Positions 22,304-32,473 of a stretch of 64,000 bases of DNA are shown here, one piece after another. The stretch is from Planctomycetota bacterium (GTDB lineage Bacteria > Planctomycetota > UBA8108 > SXIK01): the NCBI GenBank assembly GCA_965223845.1, contig CBDCXR010000004.1:1152001-1216000 (forward strand), read 5' to 3'. The position numbers and the translations under genes were made by a program. The notes below the pieces were generated by a model that saw nothing but the letters and a program-made list of their open reading frames with translations, did not search any database and was not told the DNA's origin. How positions within the stretch are numbered: the first letter of the stretch is position 1; the number at the start of each line of letters is the position of its first letter.

Positions 22304-23629
22304 ATGTCGCCCCTCCTCCGCCGCCACGGATTCGCCATCGGAACGCTGCTCCTCCTTCCCGTCGCGATCGCGCTTGCGGCATCGGAACGGGGGGATCGCG
22401 GTGGACTCCTCGCTGCCGAGACTCAGGCCGATCCGGCGAGCGCCGGTTCTGAAGCCGACGCCGACCGCGACTCGTCACCGAGCGAGCCGAGCACCGTCGA
22501 TCACGGCGCCGTTCTCGGTGCGATCAAGAGCGCGATCGATCGCGGGTCCCGCTGGCTCGCGAATCACCAGAATCCCGACGGCGGCTACGGTCCCTACGGT
22601 AGCTTCCGCATCGAGAACGCATCGGACGTGGGGGTCACCGCGTACGTGCTCTACGCGTTTTCGCGGAATGGCCGCGGGTACAGCGAGGTCGACGGGCCAT
22701 TCGTTTCTCGCGCGGTCGACTTTCTCCTCTCGAAGCAGCAGGAGAACGGCGCGTTCTACGATCCGCGGGATCCCGCCCTCCAGAACTACAAGACGTCGGT
22801 CGCCCTCCTCGCACTCCGGAATCTCGATCCGCAGCGCTACCGCGATTCGATTCTGAAGGCCCAGGGGTTCATCAAGGCCCAGCAGTTCAGCGAGTCGCAG
22901 GGTTACAGCGAGACCCGCCACCTGAGCTACGGCGGCATCGGTTACGGAAGCGGGCTCCGGAGCGATCTCTCGAACTCGCAGTTTGCGCTCGAGGCCCTGG
23001 CGGAGTCCGGTGTCTCGGCGAGCGACGAGCTCTGGGTGCGCGCTCGCGTCTACCTCCGGCGGACGCTCAATTCGCCGAAGGTCGACCCTCTCGTGAAGAG
23101 TGCCGGCGTCGGGACGACGGGGGACGGCGGAGCGCGTTACGCGCCGAACGACACGCGCGGTCCGGTCGAGACCCTGGACGACGGCACGCGCGTGTTTTCG
23201 TCTTACGGCAGCATGACGTACGCCGCGCTGAAGAGCTTTCTCTACGCGAGCGTCGATCGCCGTGACACCGATGTCGAAGGGCTGTTCCGCTGGGTGTCCG
23301 ATCACTTCACCGTGAAGGAGAACCCCGGCATGGCGACGGAGAAGAATCCACGCGCGGGGCTCCAAGGACTTTTCTATTACTACCAGACCATGGCGAAGGC
23401 GCTGCGGCTCGTCGGGGAACCGGTTCTCAAGGACCGCGCTGGTCGGAAGCATCACTGGTCGTCGGAGCTCGCGAATCACCTGATCGCGATGCAGACCGCA
23501 GAGGGCTACTGGCAGAACCGGAGCGATCGCTGGTGGGAGAATCTCCCGAGTCTCGACACGGCGTACGCGATCGTCGCGCTCGCCGACTGCGCTGCGCAGC
23601 TGAAGGCCGAGCTGGCGGGGGCGAAGTAA
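22304..23629 (+). CDS. Secreted prenyltransferase/squalene-cyclase repeat protein (terpene cyclase/mutase family)
   Basis: Signal peptide; QW-like repeats 'WLANHQNPDGGY', 'FLLSKQQENGAF', 'AMQTAEGYW'; 'DLSNSQFALEAL', 'YGSMTYAALKS'. Confidence 0.75.
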   Translation: MSPLLRRHGFAIGTLLLLPVAIALAASERGDRGGLLAAETQADPASAGSEADADRDSSPSEPSTVDHGAVLGAIKSAIDRGSRWLANHQNPDGGYGPYGSFRIENASDVGVTAYVLYAFSRNGRGYSEVDGPFVSRAVDFLLSKQQENGAFYDPRDPALQNYKTSVALLALRNLDPQRYRDSILKAQGFIKAQQFSESQGYSETRHLSYGGIGYGSGLRSDLSNSQFALEALAESGVSASDELWVRARVYLRRTLNSPKVDPLVKSAGVGTTGDGGARYAPNDTRGPVETLDDGTRVFSSYGSMTYAALKSFLYASVDRRDTDVEGLFRWVSDHFTVKENPGMATEKNPRAGLQGLFYYYQTMAKALRLVGEPVLKDRAGRKHHWSSELANHLIAMQTAEGYWQNRSDRWWENLPSLDTAYAIVALADCAAQLKAELAGAK

Positions 23630-23728
23630 CTGGCGCGGAGATTTGCGCCGATTCCTCGGGGCGAGCGCGCCTCTGGTCCGTTCTAGCCCGAGGCGAAAGC
23701 GGTTCTGCGAAACGCGCTTCGCCGGGGA

Positions 23729-24388
23729 CTAGTTCGAACGCCCGCGGAGGAGCTCCTGCACGTCCGAGTGCCCTCCTTTCTCGGCCAGGTCGTGAGGAGT
23801 GCTTCCGTCGTCTGCAGCGAGCTCGGGATCCGCGCCGTGTTCGAGGAGAAGGCGAGCGATGGCGGCGTCGCCGTGCATCGCCGCTGAGTGAAGCGCCGTC
23901 CACCCGCCGTGCTGCCGGGCGTCGACGTCGGCCCCGTGCTCGATGAGAAGGGCGATGATCTCGCGGTTCCTCGACGCCGCCGCGCTGTGAAGCGGCTGCA
24001 CTCGGCTGGGATTTGCGGCGACCGCCGAAGGTGCCGCGCCGAGCTCGAGAAGCAGTCTTGCGGCGGCGTCGCGACCGAAGAAGCAAGCGAGGTGGAGCGG
24101 AGTGAAGCCGTCCGTCGAGTCTCCGTTCACTGCCGAAGCATCGTTCGCCAAGCGTGCCGTGAGTTGCCCGGTTTCCCCGAGCGCGGAGGCCTCGAATTCA
24201 TCGAGCTCGAGCCCCGAATCCCGAAGGAGGTCCGCGATCTCCGGTCTGCGGTGGTAGAGCGCGATTAGAACCGCCGATACGCCTTCGTCGCTTCGACTCC
24301 GCGCGAGGGAGGGGGTCTCGGCCAGTCGGGCGGACACCTCCTCGACGCTCCCGTCCGGTAGCAGTTGAATGAACTCGGCGGGGGTCAT
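23729..24388 (-). CDS. Ankyrin repeat protein
   Basis: 'DGFTPLHLACFFG', 'QPLHSAAA', 'GGWTALHSAAMHG', 'DGSTPHDLA'. Confidence 0.92.
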   Translation of the reverse strand: MTPAEFIQLLPDGSVEEVSARLAETPSLARSRSDEGVSAVLIALYHRRPEIADLLRDSGLELDEFEASALGETGQLTARLANDASAVNGDSTDGFTPLHLACFFGRDAAARLLLELGAAPSAVAANPSRVQPLHSAAASRNREIIALLIEHGADVDARQHGGWTALHSAAMHGDAAIARLLLEHGADPELAADDGSTPHDLAEKGGHSDVQELLRGRSN

Positions 24389-24652
24389 CGCGTCTCCATT
24401 GTGTTCTGGTCGCCGAATCCGCTCGGGACGAGTCGGCCGAGGACGACTCGGATTCTATCTGAGAGATTCCGGAGACGGCGAGAGTTGCGTGGGGAAGCCG
24501 CCTAAGCCGGGCCGGGGACCCGTCGCTGCGTTCGATCGAAGGCGGGCGCGCCCCAGCCCGGTCGACCCGAGCGCGCGGTAGATCTCGAGCGAGCGAACCG
24601 GCAGAATAGCGCGCTTTTCCTTCGCCCGGTTCTCCTGAGGGATCTGCTCGCT

Positions 24653-25900
24653 ATGGACATCGCACCCTTCCGCGGACTGCGCTACAACACCGAAAAGTTG
24701 ATCGCGAGCGGAGCCGCGGATGCGGCTGAGGCGGTGACGGCGCCGCCGTACGACGTGATCTCGGAGGACGATCATCGCGCCCTCCTCGCGCGGTCGCCGA
24801 TGAACGTCACCGCTCTCACTCTCGGTCTCGAGCCGGGCGCGGAGGGGCAGTACGAGCGACGGGCGGAGCAGCTCGAGGCGTGGATTCGCGACGGCGTCCT
24901 CGTCGAGGACGGCGAGCACGGATTCTACGTTTACGAAATCGACTACGAGCTCCCGGGGTCACCGGGCGACCGGCGGCGGTTCCTGGGCCTCGTTGCACTC
25001 GGGCGTCAGTATCCTTTCGAGGAGGGCGTCGTACTCCGGCACGAAGAGACGTTCGCGAAGGTCGTCGACGATCGCCTTCGCCTTCTCGAAGCGACGCGGA
25101 CCCATCTCGAGTCGATCTTCCTTCTCTACGCCGACGCGGAGCGGCGCATCGACTCGAGCCTCGAGCAGGCGGCGAACGGCGATCCGGTCGTCCGCGTCGA
25201 GGCGAAGCCCCGCGAGTGGCACGCGCTCTATCGGCTCGCCGACGCCGGGGTCGTCCGGGATCTCGTCGATCGCTTTTCGCCGCAGCGACCGATCATCGCG
25301 GACGGGCACCATCGCTACACCATGGGGCACCGCTATCGAACGGAGACCGGCGCGGGCGTTCCCGGCTCGGCGTGGCAGCTCATGACGTTCGCGAATCTCT
25401 TCGGCGAAGGACTCGCGATTCTCGCGACGCATCGGCTCGTCCGGTTGCGAGGCTCGACTGCGGCCGCGGCGATGGAGCGAATCTCCGCCCACCTCGAGCC
25501 GGTGCCGGATGCTGACGCCGGCGGATCGAACGCCGCACGAGATCTTCTCGTCGAGACGGCGGACGACCGCCGGGCGTTTCGCTTCCCGGCTGAACTTCGT
25601 AGCGCGCGGAAAGGCGTGGAGGCGACCGACTACGGACTCCTTCACGGCTATGTTCTCGACGATCTCCTCGGGGGAAACGTCGAGTCCGTCGCGTACTACA
25701 AAGAAGGGACGGGCGAAGCGGAAGCGCTTCAGAGCGGCGCCGGTGACTTACTCTTCCGCATGAATCCGGTGGGGCGCGAAGAGTTTCAGCGAGTCGTCGA
25801 AGGCGGCGGTCTCTATCCACACAAAACGACCTACTTCTACCCGAAGCTTTGGAGCGGCCTCGTCCTCTGGCGACTCGCGGAGCGGGAAGGCGCCGACTGA
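24653..25900 (+). CDS. DUF1015 family protein
   Basis: 'PFRGLRY', 'APPYDVI', 'HEETF', 'IADGHHRY', 'PHKTTYFYPKLWSGL'. Confidence 0.9.
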   Translation: MDIAPFRGLRYNTEKLIASGAADAAEAVTAPPYDVISEDDHRALLARSPMNVTALTLGLEPGAEGQYERRAEQLEAWIRDGVLVEDGEHGFYVYEIDYELPGSPGDRRRFLGLVALGRQYPFEEGVVLRHEETFAKVVDDRLRLLEATRTHLESIFLLYADAERRIDSSLEQAANGDPVVRVEAKPREWHALYRLADAGVVRDLVDRFSPQRPIIADGHHRYTMGHRYRTETGAGVPGSAWQLMTFANLFGEGLAILATHRLVRLRGSTAAAAMERISAHLEPVPDADAGGSNAARDLLVETADDRRAFRFPAELRSARKGVEATDYGLLHGYVLDDLLGGNVESVAYYKEGTGEAEALQSGAGDLLFRMNPVGREEFQRVVEGGGLYPHKTTYFYPKLWSGLVLWRLAEREGAD

Positions 25901-26173
25901 GCCGAGTCTCCGCGCGGGGAGAAGAGCGCTGGGAATCACGAGCGGTTCGGAACGGGAGTCTCCCGTTTCGAGCTTGCGAACCGCCGCCGCGATCAGTCGA
26001 GCCGCTCCGGGCCGATCCACGCGGCGGAAACACTGCGGAACTCTCACCCGCCCAGCCGAAATTGAGAGCGTCCGGTCACGCGGCGTGGGCTTAACCGCGC
26101 CGTCGCCCTCCTCCGGACGGTTCCTCCCGATGGATCTCGAATCGAATCGGCCGACCCCGGGTCGTCTCGGTGC

Positions 26174-27040
26174 ATGCTGTGGCGGGTGCGGTTTGCGACT
26201 GCGCCCGCGGGCGCGGCGGGCGGTGTCGAACTCGGCGAGGAGTCTCCCTGTCCCGAGTTCCGGAAACCGTCTATGGCTGGCGTTTCGAGAACCTTGCGAT
26301 TTCGCCGCGGCCGGAGCGCACCCGTCGCTCCGTCTCGTGCCGCGCTTTCGCGTTGGCGTCTCGCGATGGTCTTCGTCGCCGTCGTGCTCTCGGCCGGTTT
26401 TCTCGTCGTCGACGGTACACCCATCGACCGCGCCACCGATCTCGCTCACGCGTACCTACTCAAGTGGCCGAACGAAGCCGTGCGGAAGCACGTCGTCGAG
26501 GAGATGGCGAAGCGTCGGTCGCCGCGCAGCGTCCCCCGTCTCGTCGCCGAGCTGTCCTCGCGAGATATCGCTCACCAAGCCTCCGCGGCGCTCGCGGAGT
26601 TCGGCGACGCCGCCATCGACCCGCTCGACGAGGCGACGAGGTCGTCGAACGAGCGCGTGCGCTACTGGGCGGTTCGTACACTCGGCGATCTCGGAGTTTC
26701 GGCGCAGCGCTCAGCGCCCTCGATCGTCGGCGCTCTCGATGACGCTAGCCCCCTCGTCCGTCACAATGCGATCTACGCGCTCGAGCTGATCGATCCGGTG
26801 CTCGCAGTCGACGTGTTGAGCGCGTTTGCGGAACGAGTCGAAATGCCGGAGTTCGATCGTGTTCTCGCCCTGCATTCGCTCGAAGCCCTCGGTACGGAGG
26901 CGCTCCCGGCGCGCAGTGCGCTCGAGAGGCTCTCCCGCATCGAATGCAGCAACGATATCGCGCGCGTGGCTCGGTCCGTCATCGCGACCTTCCCGCCCCG
27001 GCCGATCGACGCTCCTTTGAGGAGGAGTCCCTCCGGCTGA
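26174..27040 (+). CDS. HEAT-repeat membrane-anchored protein (start uncertain; 26273 or 26366 also possible)
   Basis: TM segment 'MVFVAVVLSAGFLVV' followed by HEAT/PBS repeats 'RVRYWAVRTLGDLG', 'PLVRHNAIYALELI', 'LEALGTEALPA'. Confidence 0.7.
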   Translation: MLWRVRFATAPAGAAGGVELGEESPCPEFRKPSMAGVSRTLRFRRGRSAPVAPSRAALSRWRLAMVFVAVVLSAGFLVVDGTPIDRATDLAHAYLLKWPNEAVRKHVVEEMAKRRSPRSVPRLVAELSSRDIAHQASAALAEFGDAAIDPLDEATRSSNERVRYWAVRTLGDLGVSAQRSAPSIVGALDDASPLVRHNAIYALELIDPVLAVDVLSAFAERVEMPEFDRVLALHSLEALGTEALPARSALERLSRIECSNDIARVARSVIATFPPRPIDAPLRRSPSG

Positions 27041-27094
27041 GCGTCACCGCGAGCCTTCGCGATACGAACGCCACCTCAGCACCGAGCCATCGCC

Positions 27095-28375
27095 GTGTCA
27101 GAGTTTCGTTTCGTCCACGCTGCGGATCTCCACCTCGACGCTCGGTTCGTCGGGCTCGGCCGCGCGTCTCCGGCCGTTGCCGAAGTCCTTCGCGACGCGT
27201 CGCTCGGGGCGTTCGACGCGCTCGTCGAGACGACGCTCGACTGCGGCGCGGCGTTTCTCGTGCTCGCCGGCGATCTCTACGACGGCGCGGATCGCGGCCT
27301 CCGAGCTCAGACGCGGTTCCTCCGGGGGCTCGAACGCTTGAGCGCGAGCGGGGTGCGGGTGTTCGTCGCGCACGGCAATCACGATCCGCTGGACGGTCGA
27401 TCGGCGATCGACGCGTGGCCGGAAGGCGTTCACGTCTTCGGGTCGGACGCGGTCGAGAGCGTCTCCGTGCGGCGTGAAGGGACCGACCTCGCGGTCGTTC
27501 ACGGAATCAGCTACGCGCAGCGCGAAGCGCGGGAGAACCTCGTCGAGCGGTTTGCGCGCGAGGAATCGTCGAATGCGTTTCAGATCGGCGTTCTCCACGC
27601 GCAGGTCGATCACCACCGCGAATCGTCACCGTACAGCCCCGCGACGGTTGACGATCTCATCGAGATCGGACTCGACTATTGGGCGCTCGGGCACGTCCAC
27701 GGATTCTCAGTGCTGCGCGAGCGCGCGCCGACGATCGTCTATCCCGGGACGCCGCAAGGGCGGAGCCTTCGGCCGAGCGAATGCGGCCCCAAGGGAGTGG
27801 TGGTCGTCGACGTGAGAGACGGCAGCGTCGCCGGGCTCGAGTTCGTCCCTCTCGATCGCGCACGTTTCGAGAGACTCCGCGTTGCCACCGACGAGCTCGG
27901 CGACGTCGCGGCCCTGCGCACAGCGCTCGTTCGCGCCGCTCAGCTCGCGCAGGCGGATGCCGGTCGACGCGCGCTGGTCGTCCGCGCCGAGCTCTCCGGC
28001 CGCGGCGAATGTCTCCGCGCGCTCCGCCGATCGGTGGATCGAGAGGCTCTTCTCGACGAGCTCCGGGAAGACGCCGCGGGAGCGGAGCCGCTCCTCTGGT
28101 GGGACGACGTCCGTCTGTCGGCGAACGACCGCGACCGCCGCCACCGGTTCGACACCGCGGGACCGCTCGCGCGCGAGCTCGGTCGCTTGGTGAGAGAACT
28201 CGAGGACGATCCCGCGCGTCTGGCGGAGTTCGTCGAGGACTCCTGCGCCGCGCTCGCGAACTCGCGCACGGGACGCCGCTCGCGCGCGAGTGTCTCGCCG
28301 TCAGCTCTGCCTTCCCTCCTTCGCAGCGCCTCGGAGCTGCTCCTCGAGCGAGTTGCGCGGGAGAGTCGCCGGTGA
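27095..28375 (+). CDS. DNA repair exonuclease, Mre11/SbcD (YhaO-like) metallophosphoesterase
   Basis: 'FVHAADLHLD', 'LAGDLYD', 'HGNHD', 'YWALGHVH', 'YPGTPQGR'. Confidence 0.92.
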   Translation: MSEFRFVHAADLHLDARFVGLGRASPAVAEVLRDASLGAFDALVETTLDCGAAFLVLAGDLYDGADRGLRAQTRFLRGLERLSASGVRVFVAHGNHDPLDGRSAIDAWPEGVHVFGSDAVESVSVRREGTDLAVVHGISYAQREARENLVERFAREESSNAFQIGVLHAQVDHHRESSPYSPATVDDLIEIGLDYWALGHVHGFSVLRERAPTIVYPGTPQGRSLRPSECGPKGVVVVDVRDGSVAGLEFVPLDRARFERLRVATDELGDVAALRTALVRAAQLAQADAGRRALVVRAELSGRGECLRALRRSVDREALLDELREDAAGAEPLLWWDDVRLSANDRDRRHRFDTAGPLARELGRLVRELEDDPARLAEFVEDSCAALANSRTGRRSRASVSPSALPSLLRSASELLLERVARESRR

Positions 28376-31083
28376 TTCTCCGAGGGTGGTCCATCGATTC
28401 CTTTGGCGGTCTCGGAGGCGCCTTCGGCGACGGTCTCGACTCGGGTCTGAACGTCGTCACCGGTGCGAACGAAGCGGGAAAGTCGACCCTCTGGAGGTTC
28501 TTCGCCGGCGTCGTCTCCGGGTCCGGTGTGGGCGGGAAGGGAAGGCCGTCCCGCCGAGGACCGATTTCCTCGGGACGCGCGATCGTCGAGCTCGACGGCG
28601 AGCGTTACGCCCTCCCGTACGACGACGACGCACCCGACGAGGTGCGAGCGAAGCTCGAGGGAATCGTCGATCCGCACGTCTATCGTGCCGTCTACACGAT
28701 CGAGCTCGACGACCTCCACGCGCTGACTGCGCTCACGGACGTCGCGCTCCGCGAGCGACTCTTCTGCGCGGGGCTCTTCGGTGCGGGCGGCACCGCGGGC
28801 GAGATCGAACGGGCGCTCACGCGCGACCTCGGCGAGTTGGTGCGCCCCCGCGGAAGCTCGCGGGTGGGCGACGTCGTCGCCCGGCTCGACGAGAACAGTC
28901 GCGCACTCCGTCGCGCCCGCACGCGGCTCGCTCGCCACGGAGAGATCCGTCGTACCGAGTCGGAGCTCGGCGATCGTCTCGCGGCGATCGAGCGTGACCT
29001 CGTGCACGTCGAGAGTGAGATCTCGATCTTCGAGCGGGTCGAGCATCTCCGGCCGATTCGACGCGAGCTCGAGCAGTGCCTCCGCGAGCTCACCGAGCTT
29101 TCCTCGACCGGCAGTGTGAGCGAAGAGCTCGGCGCCCGCTGGACGCGTCTCGAAGCCCGCCGGAGCGAGCTCGAGGCGAGCCTTGCGCGACTCGACGAGG
29201 AGCGAACTAGCTGCGAGCAGCGGCGGGGAAGAGTCGAATCGCGCGCGGCGGCGAAGGTCGCGACTCTCGCGCCCGAGATCGAGCGTTTGGCGGCCGAACG
29301 CGCGCGGTGGCGGGCCGATGGCGAAGCTCTCGCGGAGCTCGACGATCGGCTGCGCGCCGACGAGACTGCGCTCGAACGGGCGATGGCGCGATGGGAGCGC
29401 GTCGAGGCACGCCGAAGCGGTGGCGAAACTGACGGCGGTCTCCGGCCTTCGCGCATCCGTCTCGAACACGTTCACGTGGAGCTGCCGCCGCCGACACTCC
29501 GCCGGGAGCTCAGTTGCTGGGAAGAGCGGCTCGAGCGGACTCGAGCGCGTTCGCCGGACGCGGCGGTGTCGATTGGGCGGGATCGCACGGCACTCCTCGG
29601 AGACGGGTCGTGTTCCCGCTGGCTCGCGATCGGCGCTGGCGTTGCCGCGGCAGCCGTCGCGGGATCCCCCGGAGTCGGCGACGCCTTGTTGTGGACTCTC
29701 CTCACCGGAGTGACTCTCGCGATCGTCGTCCTCCTCGCGCGTTCGGCGATGCCTCGTAGGAGGCCGAGCGGACCGTCGACGACGCGCCAACCGAGCGCGG
29801 ATCGGCAGGCGACTGTTGCCGCGTGGCGCCGGTGGCGGCGGGCGCATCGCTTGCCCGGTGGCGTCTCGCCCCGCCGAGCGAAGGTCTGGCTCGAGCGCGC
29901 GTGGGACGCGCGTCACGCCGCGGCCCGGCGCGACTCGACGCGAGCCGAGCGGGATCGGCGGCGCGGTGCAGTCGACGATTGGATCACGCGCGCGCGAGAA
30001 GTGTGCGATGCCGTCGGCATCGAGTTCCCCGCCGGCGTCGACGATCAGTGCGCGTTGGTGGCGCGGCTCGAGAGCGACGCCGTTCAGGCCGGCTCCGCCA
30101 AGGTCGAACTCGCGAAACTCGAGATCGAGATCAGACGCATCGACTCGCAGAATCGCGTTCTCTGCACGCGTGTGGAATCCACTGAGAGAGCGCAGCGACA
30201 GCTTCTCGCGGCCGCGAACGCGGAGAACGGAGCGGATCTCGAGGAGAAGATCGCGGGCTCGCGGCAACGCGCGGAGCTCGAGCGGGCGGCCGGTCGGCTC
30301 GAGCGTCAGCTCGACGTCGCTCTCGACGGACGGCGCGACGCGCCGCGACTGCGAGACGAGCTGGCACGCGGAGATTCCGGGGCGCGCCAAGGTGAGCGCT
30401 CTCGGCTTGACCGCGAGCACCGTCGCCTTTCCTCGGAGCGCGACGAGACCATCCGACGTCACCGCGATGCCGAGCGCGCCCGACGCGAGCTCGAGGAATC
30501 GACCGACGTGGCTGGCCTCGAGCTCGAGCGGACGGCCCTCGAGACCGAGCTCCGCGAGCTCTCCCGCGCCTGGCACACCGTCGCGTTCGCGCGCACCTTG
30601 CTCAGGAAGACCATCGAGAGGAGCGCAGAGCGGCGTCAGCGCGACGTGCTCGTCGAAGCTTCGGCGATGCTGCGCGAGATTTCCGCCGGCCGCTACACCG
30701 ATATCGTCTGCGACTCGTCGCGACGCGAGATCGCGCTCCTCGACGGCCGTGGTGCGAGAGTCGAGACCGCGGTGCTCAGTCGGGGAACCGTGGAACAGCT
30801 CTACCTCGTGCTCCGGCTGGCCCTCGTCCTCGACCACGGCCGCCGCGGGGTCTCCCTGCCGGTGCTCCTCGACGACGTCCTCGTTCACTCCGATCCGGCG
30901 CGAGCGGCTGCGCTCGTCCGGATCCTCCAGCGCGTCGCGGAGAACCACCAGACGATTCTATTTTCGTGTCACCCGGCGGTGAGGCGTCTTCTCGAGCGGC
31001 ACGGCGCTCGCGTGGTCGCGCTCGAGCGCGGGAGCGTCGTCGAGCGCGCCGCGCCCGCGGGCTCCGTCGTGAGCCACTCCTGA
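28372..31083 (+). CDS. YhaN-like SMC/Rad50-type ATPase (AAA_27) with coiled coil
   Basis: GTG 28372 overlaps the upstream stop (GTGA). Walker A 'GANEAGKSTL', signature 'LSRGTVEQLYLVLRLA', Walker B 'VLLDDVLVHSD', H-loop 'FSCH'. Confidence 0.88.
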   Translation: MILRGWSIDSFGGLGGAFGDGLDSGLNVVTGANEAGKSTLWRFFAGVVSGSGVGGKGRPSRRGPISSGRAIVELDGERYALPYDDDAPDEVRAKLEGIVDPHVYRAVYTIELDDLHALTALTDVALRERLFCAGLFGAGGTAGEIERALTRDLGELVRPRGSSRVGDVVARLDENSRALRRARTRLARHGEIRRTESELGDRLAAIERDLVHVESEISIFERVEHLRPIRRELEQCLRELTELSSTGSVSEELGARWTRLEARRSELEASLARLDEERTSCEQRRGRVESRAAAKVATLAPEIERLAAERARWRADGEALAELDDRLRADETALERAMARWERVEARRSGGETDGGLRPSRIRLEHVHVELPPPTLRRELSCWEERLERTRARSPDAAVSIGRDRTALLGDGSCSRWLAIGAGVAAAAVAGSPGVGDALLWTLLTGVTLAIVVLLARSAMPRRRPSGPSTTRQPSADRQATVAAWRRWRRAHRLPGGVSPRRAKVWLERAWDARHAAARRDSTRAERDRRRGAVDDWITRAREVCDAVGIEFPAGVDDQCALVARLESDAVQAGSAKVELAKLEIEIRRIDSQNRVLCTRVESTERAQRQLLAAANAENGADLEEKIAGSRQRAELERAAGRLERQLDVALDGRRDAPRLRDELARGDSGARQGERSRLDREHRRLSSERDETIRRHRDAERARRELEESTDVAGLELERTALETELRELSRAWHTVAFARTLLRKTIERSAERRQRDVLVEASAMLREISAGRYTDIVCDSSRREIALLDGRGARVETAVLSRGTVEQLYLVLRLALVLDHGRRGVSLPVLLDDVLVHSDPARAAALVRILQRVAENHQTILFSCHPAVRRLLERHGARVVALERGSVVERAAPAGSVVSHS

Positions 31084-31346
31084 GCTCGTTCTCCGTCGAG
31101 ATACCCGCGGTCGGACCGGGGAGTGTTCGCGGCGGATTTGGGCGCCGACGGGACCGGCGTCCGTGGTAACCTCGATCGCATATCGCGCCACCGCGAGATA
31201 CCCGAACGGACCCCTGATCCGCGAGGTTCTTCGCTGCGATTCGCGGTCCTTCGAGCGGGCCGCGGCGGCGACCCGACTGCGGGCGACGGGGCAGCACAGG
31301 TGGGCATGCGACGGTTCCGTCGCATGCGAGCTCCCTGCCCAATCGA

Positions 31347-32432
31347 GTGGTTGTAGGATTCGTGACTTCTCCTTTCGACGTTTCCCCGGTCCTCTGGGCG
31401 ACCATCGTCTTCTTGGCCGTCATCACGGTTGTGTGCGCGCGGCACGAAGAGCGCCGTCACGAGCGTGCCCTCGCGTACGTGAGGCCGGAGCTCGGTCGCG
31501 CCGCTCGCGTGAAGATTCTCGAGCGCCGGAGCGAATCGGCGATTCTGAGCGCGAGTCCCGCCCGGCTCTTTGCGCGTGGCCTGGCCCGCTTCAAGCTCGG
31601 TCGATGTGGCGGTGCGAGGGAGGACTTTCGCGCCGCGATTCGACTCCGGGAGAGCTTCGATCGCGCGCACGAGTTTGCCGGGCACGTCGACGTCGCCGTC
31701 GGAAGATTCGACCGCGCGGCGCTAGCGTACGCCGCGCTGAAAGAGGATGGTCGGCGCGAGCGCTGCGTCGCGAGTCTTCAGCGCATCGAGACACGCTTCC
31801 CCGATCCCGAACGTCGTCCGCCGGGGATTTCCGGTCTCCTCGCGGAAGTTCTCCCCGACGGATTCGCAGACGAGGCGCACGCATCGATCGCCGACGTCCT
31901 CGGGCTCAGCGATCCCTCCGCGCTCGACGAGGAGGCGATGGAGTGGGTTCTTCTCGATGCCCTCAGCGCACAGCTCGAGCAGGGCTTGACTTCCGGGTCG
32001 GCGGATTCCGTGTGCATGCTTCTCGTCGGCTATCTCGTCGAATCCGGCGCCGGACGATTCGTTTCGTCGAGCGATCTCGATCTCGGCGACAAGGAGAGCT
32101 TCGCCCGGTCTCTCACCACGATCGTCGAGCTCAGCTCCGGCGCTCTCGACGGGATGCGGTTTCGCCGCATCGAGGAGTCGGAAGATCCGGAGACGAAACT
32201 GGTCACGCTGCGTCTAGATGAAGCGCTGGTGTCGGCGCCCGTACGGACGAAGAAGCGACGCGAGCGTCTCGACGACATCACCGGCGCACTGAATGAGCTC
32301 GCGCAGTCACGCGGTGTCGAGCAGCGATTCGCCGCCTACGAAACCTGCCGGCCCGGCGAGTCCTTCGTCGTTTTTCTCGAGCCCAGTCAGCACGAGCGGC
32401 TCGCCGCCGTCGTTCCTCCTCCGATCGAGTAG
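31347..32432 (+). CDS. Hypothetical membrane-anchored TPR-like protein
   Basis: N-terminal TM 'VLWATIVFLAVITVV'; TPR-like 'LFARGLARFKLGRCGGAREDFRAAIRL' and 'AGHVDVAVGRFDRAALAY'. Start uncertain. Confidence 0.6.
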   Translation: MVVGFVTSPFDVSPVLWATIVFLAVITVVCARHEERRHERALAYVRPELGRAARVKILERRSESAILSASPARLFARGLARFKLGRCGGAREDFRAAIRLRESFDRAHEFAGHVDVAVGRFDRAALAYAALKEDGRRERCVASLQRIETRFPDPERRPPGISGLLAEVLPDGFADEAHASIADVLGLSDPSALDEEAMEWVLLDALSAQLEQGLTSGSADSVCMLLVGYLVESGAGRFVSSSDLDLGDKESFARSLTTIVELSSGALDGMRFRRIEESEDPETKLVTLRLDEALVSAPVRTKKRRERLDDITGALNELAQSRGVEQRFAAYETCRPGESFVVFLEPSQHERLAAVVPPPIE

Positions 32433-32473
32433 CTTCGCCGGAGACTGGCGGGCCGGGAACGAAAGAAAGTTCC

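Noticed and set aside
24653-25900. DUF1015-serC functional cluster
   Set aside because: The families are often neighbours, but here they are about 17 kb apart on opposite strands with unrelated genes between them.
27679-28371. N-terminal 231 aa of ORF 27679..31083
   Set aside because: It overlaps the Mre11-like gene and is Arg-rich nonsense. The real ATPase begins at GTG 28372.
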